Shown here: one piece after another, positions 19,309 to 28,809 of the stretch
How the letters are laid out: the number at the start of each line of letters is the position of its first letter
Position numbering within the stretch: position 1 is the stretch's first letter
DNA from: an uncultured delta proteobacterium
GTDB lineage: Bacteria > Myxococcota_A > Polyangia > DRWM01 > JAAZOP01
Direction: 5' to 3'
Assembly (NCBI GenBank): GCA_947085355.1
Contig: CAMTWF010000096.1
Coordinates: 1-49,072, forward strand
Length of the DNA stretch: 49,072 nt
Translations under genes and position numbers: made by a program
Notes under the pieces: generated by a model
The model's database searches: none
What the model saw: the letters and a program-made list of their open reading frames with translations, nothing else
Told to the model about the DNA's origin: nothing

Positions 19309-20460
19309 TTGCCGAGGTTCGTGCTGGTTCCGAGCAATGCGCGCTGGGCGGACGGCGCCCGCGAGGCCCTGGCGCTCGGCTCGCTCGACTGCACTGCGGC
19401 GGAGTCGCCGGCCGAGGCGGCGGCCCAGGCGGTCGCCGGCGGAACGGTCGCGGTGATCGTGGACGCCGGTCATGCGTCGTTCGAGGGGGTTTTCGCCGCG
19501 GTCAGGGAGGAGAAGGGCGCCGAAGGCGTCGCGTTGCTGGCGGTGGTCCGCGACCCGATGCGCGATGCCGCCGATCTGGAGCGCGCCTTCCGGCTCGGCG
19601 CCGCCGACTACGTCGCCGCCGGGTTGATCCATCATATACGCCACAGGGCGGCCGCGCTCGCCCAGGGGGATCCGTGGGCCGGCGTGCGCGCGCCGGCGGG
19701 ACGCGCCGTCATCGCGGACGGGAACCGGGCGCGGCGCGCCGCCCTGGGACGAATCCTCCACCAGTGGGGATTCCATCTGGCCTTCGCCGAGAGCGAGGCG
19801 GACATGGACGCCCAGATTCGCGCCGGACAGCAGCCGCGGATCGTGCTGGCCGACGTCGATCTGCCGCCCGACGGCGCCCTCGCGGCGCTCGGCAGGCTCC
19901 GAGCCGCCAGGCACGGCGCGGGGACGCCGTGCCTGGTGCTGATCGATCCCGCGCGGATCGCCGCTGCCAGGACCGCCGTCAAGGACCTGGCGCCGGCGGC
20001 GATCTACGACCGTTCGGGCCCTCCGGAGAACGTCATCTTCGCCGTCAACGACCTCGTCCAGCCGCGCGGGCGCGACATGCGCCGCTCGCCCCGGCTGCTG
20101 TACGGCGCGCCGGTTTCGTTCAGCGTCGACGCGGCCTCCGAGCCGATCTGGGCCTACACGTACAACGTGAACCTGTCCGGTCTGTACGTGAGGACGCTCG
20201 TGCCGCCGCCTCTCAACACGGTCCTGCACGTCGAGTTCCGCCCGCCGTTCGGCGAGGGATTCGTCGCGATGGAGGCGCAGGTGATGTGGCGTAGGGCGCC
20301 CGGGTCGGACCCGAGCCTCATGTACCCGCCGGGCATGGGCGTGCGGTTCGTGCGCAGACCGCTGGCGGACGAAGCCGGTTTCTGCGCCGGCTACGCGGAG
20401 ATGCTGCGCGAGGCCGGCTTGCTCGATGTCCCGGCCGACGCCGCAGATCGCCCCACGTAG
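19309..20460 (+). CDS. Degenerate receiver-like domains + C-terminal PilZ domain
   Basis: AFRLGAADY and IVLADVDLP receiver-like segments; RRSPR..NVNLSGLYV..PGMGVRF PilZ signature. Start TTG after GGAGGG. Confidence 0.72.
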   Translation: MPRFVLVPSNARWADGAREALALGSLDCTAAESPAEAAAQAVAGGTVAVIVDAGHASFEGVFAAVREEKGAEGVALLAVVRDPMRDAADLERAFRLGAADYVAAGLIHHIRHRAAALAQGDPWAGVRAPAGRAVIADGNRARRAALGRILHQWGFHLAFAESEADMDAQIRAGQQPRIVLADVDLPPDGALAALGRLRAARHGAGTPCLVLIDPARIAAARTAVKDLAPAAIYDRSGPPENVIFAVNDLVQPRGRDMRRSPRLLYGAPVSFSVDAASEPIWAYTYNVNLSGLYVRTLVPPPLNTVLHVEFRPPFGEGFVAMEAQVMWRRAPGSDPSLMYPPGMGVRFVRRPLADEAGFCAGYAEMLREAGLLDVPADAADRPT

Positions 20461-20481
20461 CCGCCCCACGTAGCGCGCGAC

Positions 20482-21165
20482 CTAGCCCCTCGCTCCGAAG
20501 ATTGCCGTCCCGACCCGCACGATCGTGGCGCCCTCCTCCACGGCCGCCTCGTACGTGTCGCTCATCCCCATCGACAGATCCCGCTCGCCCGGGCCCAGAT
20601 CCAGCGATCGCGCCAGGTCGCGCAGCGCGATCAGGTGCGGACGCGCGGCCTCGGCATCGGCCGCCCACGGCGGGATCGACATGAGCCCGCGGAAGCGCAG
20701 GCGGCCGGACTCCCGCACGGCCCGGATCAGCGCCGGCACATCGGACGGGGCCGCGCCGGACTTCTGCTCCTCGCCGGCGACGTCGACCTGCACGAGTACG
20801 TCCAGCACGGCGTCGGTCTCCGCGAGCCTGCGCCGCAGCGCTTCGACCAGCCGCGGCGAGTCCACGGTCTGGAGCACGTCGACGCCGGGCACGAGCAGCT
20901 TGATCTTGTTCCGCTGCACGTGGCCGATCATGTGCCATCGGATCCCCGGGACGTCGGCCAGCGCGGCTCGCTTGACGGCCAGTTCCCGGGCGTAGTTCTC
21001 GCCGAACTCCGTCACGCCCGCGTCGAATGCCTCACGGACCTCGTCGGCGCTTCTCGTCTTGGAGACGGCGACAAGGCGGATCTCGCCCGGATCCCGTCCG
21101 CACCGCCGGGCCGCGGCGCGGATGGCGGCCCGTACCGCCTCGACCCGCTCCTTCAACTCCGACAT
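20482..21165 (-). CDS. yggS: PLP homeostasis protein YggS
   Basis: LVAVSKT, FGENY, WHMIGHVQRNK, LSMGMS, VRVGTAIFGAR. Confidence 0.95.
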   Translation of the reverse strand: MSELKERVEAVRAAIRAAARRCGRDPGEIRLVAVSKTRSADEVREAFDAGVTEFGENYARELAVKRAALADVPGIRWHMIGHVQRNKIKLLVPGVDVLQTVDSPRLVEALRRRLAETDAVLDVLVQVDVAGEEQKSGAAPSDVPALIRAVRESGRLRFRGLMSIPPWAADAEAARPHLIALRDLARSLDLGPGERDLSMGMSDTYEAAVEEGATIVRVGTAIFGARG

Positions 21166-21803
21166 ACCCACGACGGCTCCATCGACGACAGCGCCTCCCG
21201 TGCCCGCCGTTCGTCCAGGCCCGGAATCCCGAGGCGCCCGGCTCGTGCGAGGAACGCAAGCGCCGGGAAGCCGACCACGTTCCAGAACTCCCCGCGGATG
21301 CCCGCCACGAGCGTCGCGGCGGCTCCCTGAATCGCGTACGCCCCGGCCTTGTCGCTCCAGTCCCCCGCGTCGAGACATGCGGACACGTCGGCGGCCCCGG
21401 CACTCCCGAAGCGCACGTACGTCGTCTCGACGAATGCGTCGGCCTCGCGCGTCCCGCCCAGCACGCACACCCCCGTGAGCACGCGGTGCTCCCGCCCCAG
21501 CAGCATCCGGATCATCCGCTCGGCGTCCCGGCGGTCCGCGGGCTTGCCCAGGATCTCCCCGTCCGAGGCCACGATCGTATCGGCTCCGACCACGAACGGC
21601 GGCGCGCCGGCGAGCCCCAGGCGGACCGCCACGTCGGCGGCCTTCGCCCGCGCCAGCGCCAGCGCCACCGCCGCCGGCTCGCCGCCGTCCAGGTTCTCCT
21701 CCACCCGCGGAACGACGATCCCGAACGGCACGCCGAAAGCCCGGAAGATCGTTTGACGCCGCGGCGAGGCGGATGCCAGGATGAGCGGCGGCGCGGGGGG
21801 CAT
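21153..21803 (-). CDS. maf: Maf-family nucleotide pyrophosphatase
   Basis: LILASASPRR, GADTIV, ILGKP, DKAGAYAIQG, NVVGFP. Confidence 0.93.
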   Translation of the reverse strand: MPPAPPLILASASPRRQTIFRAFGVPFGIVVPRVEENLDGGEPAAVALALARAKAADVAVRLGLAGAPPFVVGADTIVASDGEILGKPADRRDAERMIRMLLGREHRVLTGVCVLGGTREADAFVETTYVRFGSAGAADVSACLDAGDWSDKAGAYAIQGAAATLVAGIRGEFWNVVGFPALAFLARAGRLGIPGLDERRAREALSSMEPSWVCRS

Positions 21804-21854
21804 GACGGCGGAAACGGTACCAGAATGCGACGGGTCGGTGGAACGGGAGCGTAC

Positions 21855-22733
21855 GTGGCGCCCCTGCTTCTCGAGAAGCCGTCCGAACTGCGGCGGCTGC
21901 TCGACGCCGAGCGCGCCGCCGGCCGGACGGTGGCGTTCGTGCCGACGATGGGGGCGCTGCACGAGGGGCACCTGTCGCTGGCGCGGCACGGCAGAGCCGC
22001 TTGCGACGTCGTCGTAGTCAGCATCTTCGTCAACCCGAGGCAGTTCGGCCCGGCCGAGGACATCGATCGGTACCCGAGAGACCTCGCGGGCGACATGGGC
22101 AAGCTGGCCGGAATCCCGGTGGACGTCGTCTTCGCGCCGCCGGTCGAGGCGATGTACCCGCCCGGATTCTCGACGACCGTTCGGGTGGCGGGCCTGGGCG
22201 ACGGCCTCTGCGGGGCCTCCAGGCCAGGACACTTCGACGGCGTGGCGACCGTGGTCGCCAAGCTGTTCTCGATGGTCGGCCCGTGCACGGCGGTCTTCGG
22301 TCGCAAGGACTACCAGCAGATCCGGGTGATCGAGCGGATGACGGCCGACCTCGGCCTGCCGATCGAGATCGTCGGGCTGCCGACGGTGCGCGAGCCCGAC
22401 GGCCTGGCGATGTCGTCCCGCAACGCGTACCTGGCGCCGGACGAACGCTCGCGCGCCGGCGCCCTGGTCGACGGATTGCGCGCGGCTGCGGCGGCGTTCG
22501 CCGGGGGAACCCGCGACGCGGACGCCGTCGGACGGCTCGTGCGCGAGCGGCTGGACGGTCGCGTGGACCGGGTGGACTACGTCTTCGTCGGCGATCCAAT
22601 CACCCTGCGAACGTGGGAGGGGACGATCCCGGACGACGGCGGCGTCCTCGTGGCGATCGCGGCGTGGGTCGGCAGCACCAGGCTCATCGACAACGCGGAA
22701 CTCGGAGTGGACATCCTGCCGCCGGCGTCATAG
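21855..22733 (+). CDS. panC: Pantoate--beta-alanine ligase
   Basis: FVPTMGALHEGHLSL, SIFVNPRQF, RPGHFDGV, FGRKDYQQ, DGLAMSSRN, RLIDN. Confidence 0.96.
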   Translation: MAPLLLEKPSELRRLLDAERAAGRTVAFVPTMGALHEGHLSLARHGRAACDVVVVSIFVNPRQFGPAEDIDRYPRDLAGDMGKLAGIPVDVVFAPPVEAMYPPGFSTTVRVAGLGDGLCGASRPGHFDGVATVVAKLFSMVGPCTAVFGRKDYQQIRVIERMTADLGLPIEIVGLPTVREPDGLAMSSRNAYLAPDERSRAGALVDGLRAAAAAFAGGTRDADAVGRLVRERLDGRVDRVDYVFVGDPITLRTWEGTIPDDGGVLVAIAAWVGSTRLIDNAELGVDILPPAS

Positions 22734-22751
22734 CGCGGCGGCGCCGCCGCG

Positions 22752-23156
22752 CTATGATGTCCCGCCGGTCCGCGAGCGCGCGTACGCCTCGCGGCCGGCG
22801 GCCACGATAGCCGCGACGACCTGCTCGGCCTGCTCCCTCGACTCCGGCCCGGCGCTGTCGGCGCACGTCAGCACGAGGCTCTCGATCAGGTCGAGGGCCG
22901 CCGCCACCTCGCCGTCCTCCCATCCGTCAACGCCGCGTTCCCCCGCCGTCCGCTCGGCCCATGCCGCGAACGGCCCGGTCTTGCGCGCCTCGACCGACTC
23001 CGCGAACGCCGAGACCATCGCCGCGGCGCGCGCCGACGCGTCCCCCGCACCACCACCGAACGCGGACCGGGGAACGCGACAGCCCGCCAGGTACCGCGCG
23101 ATCTCCTCGACGATCCACTCCCGCCGGTCGTCGACGATCTGCTCGATTCGCCTCAC
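22752..23156 (-). CDS. Hypothetical all-helical protein (weakly reminiscent of RsbR N-terminal globin-like domains)
   Basis: 134-aa ORF with GGAGGG RBS and normal composition; family similarity is an impression only. Confidence 0.55.
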   Translation of the reverse strand: MRRIEQIVDDRREWIVEEIARYLAGCRVPRSAFGGGAGDASARAAAMVSAFAESVEARKTGPFAAWAERTAGERGVDGWEDGEVAAALDLIESLVLTCADSAGPESREQAEQVVAAIVAAGREAYARSRTGGTS

Positions 23157-23243
23157 GCAACGCCCCTCCCGACGACATCGACTCTAGCACGACCCGAAAG
23201 CATCGGTCGAACGTCGCCGGCCGAGCGCGACGTGCGGGGTGCA

Positions 23244-23648
23244 TCAGCGATTCGCGCGGGGCTCCCCCGCCCGCGCAGCGGCCGGATCGGTCGCCGCGCG
23301 CAGCGCGGCCAGATGCGGGATCTGCTTCGCGCTCGACGGCGTCAGCAGGAGAAGGCACCGGAACGCCGCCCGATGATCGTCCTCGCGGGCCTCGGACGCC
23401 ACGTAGAGCTGGGCGACGAGGTCGCGCCACCGCAGCATCTCCCGCCGCAGGCCCGGCCGGTCGTTGACTTCGACCGTCAGGTCCACAAGGTTGAGCACGC
23501 GCTCGTAGCAGTTCCCCAGGCGCTCCCGGTCCTGGGGCCCGAACAGGCTGGCGGCGCGGTTCATCTCGTTGCCGATCATCAGGATCTGCCGGTCTAGCGG
23601 GAACGCCGCCCATTTCTCGGGGGCCATGGTCGAGTGTTGCGCGGGCAT
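23244..23648 (-). CDS. Hypothetical helical protein coupled to the DUF5674 gene
   Basis: MPAQHST..W..F....QILMIGNEMNRA..YERVLNLVDLT..LRREMLRWRD; starts 5 bp after the upstream stop. Confidence 0.7.
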   Translation of the reverse strand: MPAQHSTMAPEKWAAFPLDRQILMIGNEMNRAASLFGPQDRERLGNCYERVLNLVDLTVEVNDRPGLRREMLRWRDLVAQLYVASEAREDDHRAAFRCLLLLTPSSAKQIPHLAALRAATDPAAARAGEPRANR

Positions 23649-23653
23649 GTCCG

Positions 23654-24016
23654 TCAGAGCGCCTCCCCTTCGCCGATCAGCTCGAAGGTGATCTCGCGGA
23701 GGACGCGCCTCGCCTCCTCGTCCGCGATCTCCATGGATCGGTTTCCCCGGGACGGCCGGATGTTGATCAGCGCGGTGAATTCGATGCACGCGTCCTTCCC
23801 CCTGCCGGGGTAGTAGTTCGCGCCCCACAGGTCGGCCTGTCGACTGCCTCCGGCGAGGAGCAGTTGCTCGGCGTCGGCGTGCAGTTCCCCGCCGACGGCG
23901 GCGACCCTTCTCCGGACGTCCACGACGTACTTGACCATGTCGCCGAAGAAGCGATCGACCAGCCGCGCAAGCTCGGTCCGCTCGATCTTCCCCTCAACCA
24001 CGACGATATCTTCCAT
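23654..24016 (-). CDS. DUF5674 family protein
   Basis: [47 protein letters not shown], recognised as the DUF5674 pattern. Confidence 0.78.
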   Translation of the reverse strand: MEDIVVVEGKIERTELARLVDRFFGDMVKYVVDVRRRVAAVGGELHADAEQLLLAGGSRQADLWGANYYPGRGKDACIEFTALINIRPSRGNRSMEIADEEARRVLREITFELIGEGEAL

Positions 24017-24156
24017 GCCGCCCGCTCCGTGAAGGCAACATATCACGCGCCGGAGGGTGCATTCGTGATTTGTGGGGGGCCAGCGTAGCCGTTCACGGCC
24101 CCGCCGGAAGCCGCGCCGCGCTCGACTGGGGCGCGGGGTTCTGGCATCCTGCCGCC

Positions 24157-25404
24157 ATGCCGGTCGTCGTCCAGAAGTACGGTGGTTCCTCGGTGGCCGA
24201 CATCGGGAAGGTGCGGCGCGTCGCCGAGGCGGTCGTGGCGCGCAAGCGGGCGGGCTGGGACGTCGCGGTCGTCGTCTCGGCCATGGGCAAGACGACCGAC
24301 CAGCTCATCGCGCTGGCCAAGGAGGTCTCCCCCTCGCCGCCCCGGCGCGAGCTGGACATGCTGCTGTCGACCGGCGAGCGGGTGACGATGGCGCTGCTCT
24401 CGATTGCGATCCAGGAGCTCGGCGAACGGGCGATCTCTTTCACCGGTTCGCAGGCGGGGATAACGACGAACGACAGGCACTCGGACGCCAGGATCATCGA
24501 GGTGCGGCCGTTCCGCGTGCAGGACGAGCTGGCGGCGGGTCGGATCGTCATCGTCGCCGGCTTCCAGGGCGTCTCGTACAAGCGCGAGGTCACGACGCTC
24601 GGCCGCGGCGGATCGGACACGACCGCGGTGGCCCTCGCCGCGGCGATCGGGGCGGCGTGCGAGATCTACTCGGACGTCGACGGCGTCTACTCGGCCGATC
24701 CGCGCGTGGCGCCCGGCGCGAGGCACCTGCCGGCGGTGGGGTACGAGGAGATGCAGGAGATGTCGGAGGCCGGCGCGAAGGTGCTGAACGCGCAGGCCGT
24801 CGAGTTCGCCAAGCGGGCGGGCATCGCGATCTTCGCGCGCGCCTCGTTCGGCGAGGGGCGCGAGACGGTGATCCGCAAGTTCGCTCCGGCCGAGCGGCGC
24901 GATCCGCGGGCCGTCGTGTCGTCCAGGAACATGGTCAGGGTGCGGCTCGTGGGCGGCGGCGCCGGGGCCCGCCTGGGCGACATCCTGGGGCTCGCCCGCG
25001 AGCACCAGATCCCGCTTCGCGAGGTGGCCTTCTCGTGTCCGCCGTCGGCGCCCGCGTGGTCTCGCGGGTCGTTCGTCGTGCCGCTCGAGAACGCCCCGGC
25101 GTATCCGCTCTTCCGGGAGTCCCTGCGGGGCCTGCTGGGCGACGCGGTCGAGTTCGACGAGAGGCTCGGCGCGGTCTCGGTGATCGGCGACGGGGTGACC
25201 CGGGACGCGCGGATCATGCTGGCGGCGCTCGACAGGGTGTCGAAGCTGGGCATCGAGCTGGAGGGGATATCGACGACGGCGTTCCGCGTGACGCTGCTGG
25301 TGCCTGCGGACGACGTCGAGCGGCTGGTCCGCGACCTGCACGCCGTTCTGATCGAGGCCGGCGAGCCGGTGCTCGACGGCGCGGGCGTCGGCTTGCGGGA
25401 ATAG
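24157..25404 (+). CDS. lysC: Aspartate kinase
   Basis: [42 protein letters not shown]; degenerate C-terminal ACT region. Confidence 0.95.
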   Translation: MPVVVQKYGGSSVADIGKVRRVAEAVVARKRAGWDVAVVVSAMGKTTDQLIALAKEVSPSPPRRELDMLLSTGERVTMALLSIAIQELGERAISFTGSQAGITTNDRHSDARIIEVRPFRVQDELAAGRIVIVAGFQGVSYKREVTTLGRGGSDTTAVALAAAIGAACEIYSDVDGVYSADPRVAPGARHLPAVGYEEMQEMSEAGAKVLNAQAVEFAKRAGIAIFARASFGEGRETVIRKFAPAERRDPRAVVSSRNMVRVRLVGGGAGARLGDILGLAREHQIPLREVAFSCPPSAPAWSRGSFVVPLENAPAYPLFRESLRGLLGDAVEFDERLGAVSVIGDGVTRDARIMLAALDRVSKLGIELEGISTTAFRVTLLVPADDVERLVRDLHAVLIEAGEPVLDGAGVGLRE

Positions 25405-25421
25405 CGCGCGGGGAGGCGGCG

Positions 25422-26792
25422 GTGGCGCACCACGTCCTGGTGATCGACGACGAGAAGAACATCCGGCGCACGCTGGAGATGGTCCTGTCCGGCGAGGGGT
25501 ACCGCGTCTCGACGGCGGCGACGGCGGAGGAGGGGCTGGAGGCCGTCGATCGCGAGGACGTGGACCTGGTGATCGTGGACGTGAAGCTGCCGGGGATGAG
25601 CGGCATCGACGCGCTGAAGCGGATTCGCGGGCGGCGGCCGGGCGAGCCGGCGATCCCGGTGCTCATGATCTCCGGGCACGCGACGGTGCGCGAGGCGGTC
25701 GATGCGGTGCGGCTGGGGGCCGTCGACTTCTTCGAGAAGCCGGTGGACCGCGACCGCGTGCTGATCTGCATCCGCAACTCGATCGAGCAGTCGCGGCTGG
25801 CCAGGGAGGTGGCGGACCTCCGGGCGCGCGTCGAGCCGCGCCTGGAGATGATCGGCTCTTCGCCGGCGATGGCGAGGCTCTTCGAGGAGGTCCGCAAGGT
25901 GGCCCCGACGAAGGGGCGCGTGCTGATAACCGGCGAGAGCGGCACGGGCAAGGAGCTGGTGGCGCGTGCGATCCACCGGCTGTCGCCGCGCGCCGCGGGT
26001 CCGTTCGTCAAGGTGAACTGCGCGGCGATCCCGGGAGAGCTGATCGAGAGCGAGTTGTTCGGGTACGAGCGCGGGGCGTTCACCGGCGCGCAGGGCCGGA
26101 AGCGCGGGCAGTTCGAACTGGCCGACGGGGGGACGCTGTTCCTGGACGAGATCGGCGACATGAGCGCCGCGGCGCAGGCCAAGGTCCTGCGCGCGCTCCA
26201 GTCCGGCGAGATCACGAGGGTCGGCGGCGAGTCGTCGCTCAGCGTCGACGTCCGCATCATCGCCGCCACGAACCGCGTCCTGGAGGAAGACGTGCGGTCG
26301 GGCAGGTTCCGCGAGGATCTCTACTTCCGCCTCGCCGTCGTGCCGATCCACTCGCCTCCCCTGCGGGACCACGTCGAGGACATCCCCGATCTGGTGCGCG
26401 CCTTCGTCGATCGGTTCTGCAACGAGAACGGGTTCAAGCGGAAGGCGGCCGAGCCGGAAGTGGTCCGGGCCCTCATGGCCTACCACTGGCCCGGCAACGT
26501 GCGGGAACTCAAGAACGTCGTCGAACGCATGGTGATCCTCTCGGAGTCGACGATACGGGCGGAGGACGTCCCGAAGGAGATCGGCGGTTCGATCCCGATC
26601 ACGACGGGGCCGTCGGGCTTCCGGCCCGGCGTGCCGTTGCGCGCGTTCCGGGAGCAGGCCGAGAAGGCGTACCTGACGGACGCGCTGGGCCACTACGAGT
26701 GGAACATCTCCCGCACCGCCCAGGCGCTCGACATCGAGCGGACCAACCTGCACAAGAAGATCCGAGCCTACGGGATCAAGAGGGAGGGATAG
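25422..26792 (+). CDS. Sigma54-dependent response regulator (NtrX/NtrC-like)
   Basis: VLVIDDE, MISGHAT, GESGTGKE, GAFTGA, LFLDEIGDM, WPGNVREL, HTH. GTG start after GGAGG. Confidence 0.94.
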   Translation: MAHHVLVIDDEKNIRRTLEMVLSGEGYRVSTAATAEEGLEAVDREDVDLVIVDVKLPGMSGIDALKRIRGRRPGEPAIPVLMISGHATVREAVDAVRLGAVDFFEKPVDRDRVLICIRNSIEQSRLAREVADLRARVEPRLEMIGSSPAMARLFEEVRKVAPTKGRVLITGESGTGKELVARAIHRLSPRAAGPFVKVNCAAIPGELIESELFGYERGAFTGAQGRKRGQFELADGGTLFLDEIGDMSAAAQAKVLRALQSGEITRVGGESSLSVDVRIIAATNRVLEEDVRSGRFREDLYFRLAVVPIHSPPLRDHVEDIPDLVRAFVDRFCNENGFKRKAAEPEVVRALMAYHWPGNVRELKNVVERMVILSESTIRAEDVPKEIGGSIPITTGPSGFRPGVPLRAFREQAEKAYLTDALGHYEWNISRTAQALDIERTNLHKKIRAYGIKREG

Positions 26793-26807
26793 CGGGGCTC
26801 GCGGATA

Positions 26808-27221
26808 TCAGGCCGTGGGCCTGTCCTCGGCCGGCGGTCGGCTGCCCACGATGCGGCGGAGGAGCTGCGACAGATCGTCGAGGCGGTACGGTTTCGGCAC
26901 GAATCCGGCCACCCCGATGTTGGTCAGGCCGATCTGGTGCTCGGTGAGGTGGTAGGCGGACGTGAGCAGGATCCGGACGTTCGGGAAGTCGGCGCGCATC
27001 CGACGAGCGAGTTCCAGACCGTTGACCCCCGGCATCATGACGTCGATCACGGCCACGTCGTAGGACGCGGCGGCGAGTTCCGCCAGGGCGCAGGAAGCGT
27101 CCGCCGCCTCGGCGATGATGAAGCCCTCCAGCCGCAGGCCCAGGGCCAGGCATCTGCGATGGTTCGGCTCGTCGTCGACGACCAGGACACGAATCGGCCT
27201 CTGGGACGAGGCGACGGACAT
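26808..27221 (-). CDS. Single-domain response regulator (CheY-like receiver)
   Basis: VLVVDDE..DVMMPGVNG..TSAY..PKP; start uncertain (27221 or 27236). Confidence 0.85.
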   Translation of the reverse strand: MSVASSQRPIRVLVVDDEPNHRRCLALGLRLEGFIIAEAADASCALAELAAASYDVAVIDVMMPGVNGLELARRMRADFPNVRILLTSAYHLTEHQIGLTNIGVAGFVPKPYRLDDLSQLLRRIVGSRPPAEDRPTA

Positions 27222-27309
27222 CGGCTGCGCATCCACGCCCGAGCCCACCCACCCCCGCGCCGCCGAAACATCCGGAGCGGCGACGTGGAACCGGCTCGAC
27301 CAGAAGCCA

Positions 27310-27325
27310 AGCAAGAACAGCGCCA
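27310..27325 (-). promoter_or_regulatory. Sigma54 (-24/-12) promoter for the receiver gene
   Basis: Minus strand TGGCGC-TGTTC-TTGCT. Confidence 0.65.
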
Positions 27326-27366
27326 CCGAAATTCGGGCTGAATGGCCCATGATTCCGCCGACACCC

Positions 27367-27416
27367 TGCAACATCGGCAGTCCAGCATTGAAACACGGCG
27401 CGTTCATGCATGAAAC
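27367..27416. promoter_or_regulatory. Three phased TG(C/A)AAC boxes at 22-bp period; candidate enhancer-binding-protein UAS
   Basis: TGCAAC 27367, TGAAAC 27389, TGAAAC 27411; the last forms the palindrome TTCA-TGCA-TGAA. Confidence 0.5.
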
Positions 27417-27450
27417 CGCAGCCGCTCACGCGCTCTCGCGCCTCGCGAAG

Positions 27451-28809
27451 CTACAGTTCGGAGATCCGGCCCAGGCCGAGCCGCTTCATCTTGCGCCAGA
27501 GCGTCGTGTTGGAGACGCCCAGGATCTCGGCGGCCTGGACGAGGTTGGACGAACCCTCGATGGCGGCGACGATCACCCGCCGCTCGGTCTCGGCGACGGC
27601 GTCGGCCAGGCTCTTGGTGGGCCCTGGCGGCGGCACGCTCGTCTCCTTGTGGACCTGGGTGTCCTCGAGTCGGACGACGCCGTCGGTGGCGAGCGCAACG
27701 CCCTGCTCGATGATGTTCTCCAACTCCCTGACGTTGCCGACGTAGTCGCGGGTCTTGAGGTATTCGAGGACGCCCGGGCCGAGTCGAGCGGTGCGGCCCA
27801 TGCGCTTCTGCGCGTTCTCCATGAAGCGGGCGACGAGGAGCGGGATGTCCTCGCGGCGATCCCGCAGGGGAAGCAGGTGGAAGCGGGCCACGTTGAGCCG
27901 GTAGTACAGCGCCTGGCGGAACCGGTGCTCCGAGATGGCGATGTCGAGGTCCTGGTTGGTGGCCGCGATGATCCGGACGTTGACCTTGATCGGCTTGTTG
28001 TCGCCGACGCGGCGGACTTCGCCTTCCTGGAGGGTCCGCAGGAGCTTGGCCTGGAACGAGAGGGACGTCTCGGCGATCTCGTCGAAGAAGAACGTCCCGC
28101 CGTCGGCCTCCTCGAAGAAGCCCTTGCGGGTCGAGATGGCTCCGGTGAACGACCCTCGCACGTGGCCGAACAGCTCGCTCTCGAGCAGCGTCTCGGCCAC
28201 GGCCGCGCAGTTGATCGGGACGAACGGGCGCGAGGCGCGCTTCGAGTTGGCGTGGATCGCCTTGGCGACCAGCTCCTTGCCCGTGCCGCTGGCGCCCGTG
28301 ATGAGGACCGTGGCGTCGGTCGGCGCGATCTTCACGATGCGGTCGAGCACGTCGTGGATGGCCCGCGACCGGCCGACGATGTTCTCGCACTTGTACTTGT
28401 CGCGGAACTCCTTCGACAGGAACGACACCTCCCCCAGCAGGTGCTTCCGTTCGAGCGCCCTGCCGACCCTCACGAGCAGCTCGCCGTCGCTGAACGGCTT
28501 CTGCAGGTAGTCGTTGGCCCCGAGGCGCATGGCGGCCACGGCGCTCTCCACCGTGCCGTACGCCGTCATCACGATCACCTCGGTCGACGGCGACGTCTCG
28601 CGGACGCGTCGCAGCACTTCCAGTCCGTCGACCCGCCCCATGCGCAGGTCGGTCAGGACCAGGTCGTAGCTCTCCGATGATGCCTTCTCGATCGCGCTCT
28701 CCCCGTCGGCCGCCTCGTCCACCGCGTGGCCGGCGCCGCCCAGCACCAGCATCAGGAACCGCCGGTGGTTGGCCTCGTCGTCGGCTACCAGGATCTTCCC
28801 GCCGTTCAT
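27451..28809 (-). CDS. Sigma54-dependent response regulator (GSFTGA variant)
   Basis: ILVADDE, DLRM, GASGTGKE, GSFTGA, FFFDEI, YVGNVREL, HTH. Confidence 0.93.
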   Translation of the reverse strand: MNGGKILVADDEANHRRFLMLVLGGAGHAVDEAADGESAIEKASSESYDLVLTDLRMGRVDGLEVLRRVRETSPSTEVIVMTAYGTVESAVAAMRLGANDYLQKPFSDGELLVRVGRALERKHLLGEVSFLSKEFRDKYKCENIVGRSRAIHDVLDRIVKIAPTDATVLITGASGTGKELVAKAIHANSKRASRPFVPINCAAVAETLLESELFGHVRGSFTGAISTRKGFFEEADGGTFFFDEIAETSLSFQAKLLRTLQEGEVRRVGDNKPIKVNVRIIAATNQDLDIAISEHRFRQALYYRLNVARFHLLPLRDRREDIPLLVARFMENAQKRMGRTARLGPGVLEYLKTRDYVGNVRELENIIEQGVALATDGVVRLEDTQVHKETSVPPPGPTKSLADAVAETERRVIVAAIEGSSNLVQAAEILGVSNTTLWRKMKRLGLGRISEL

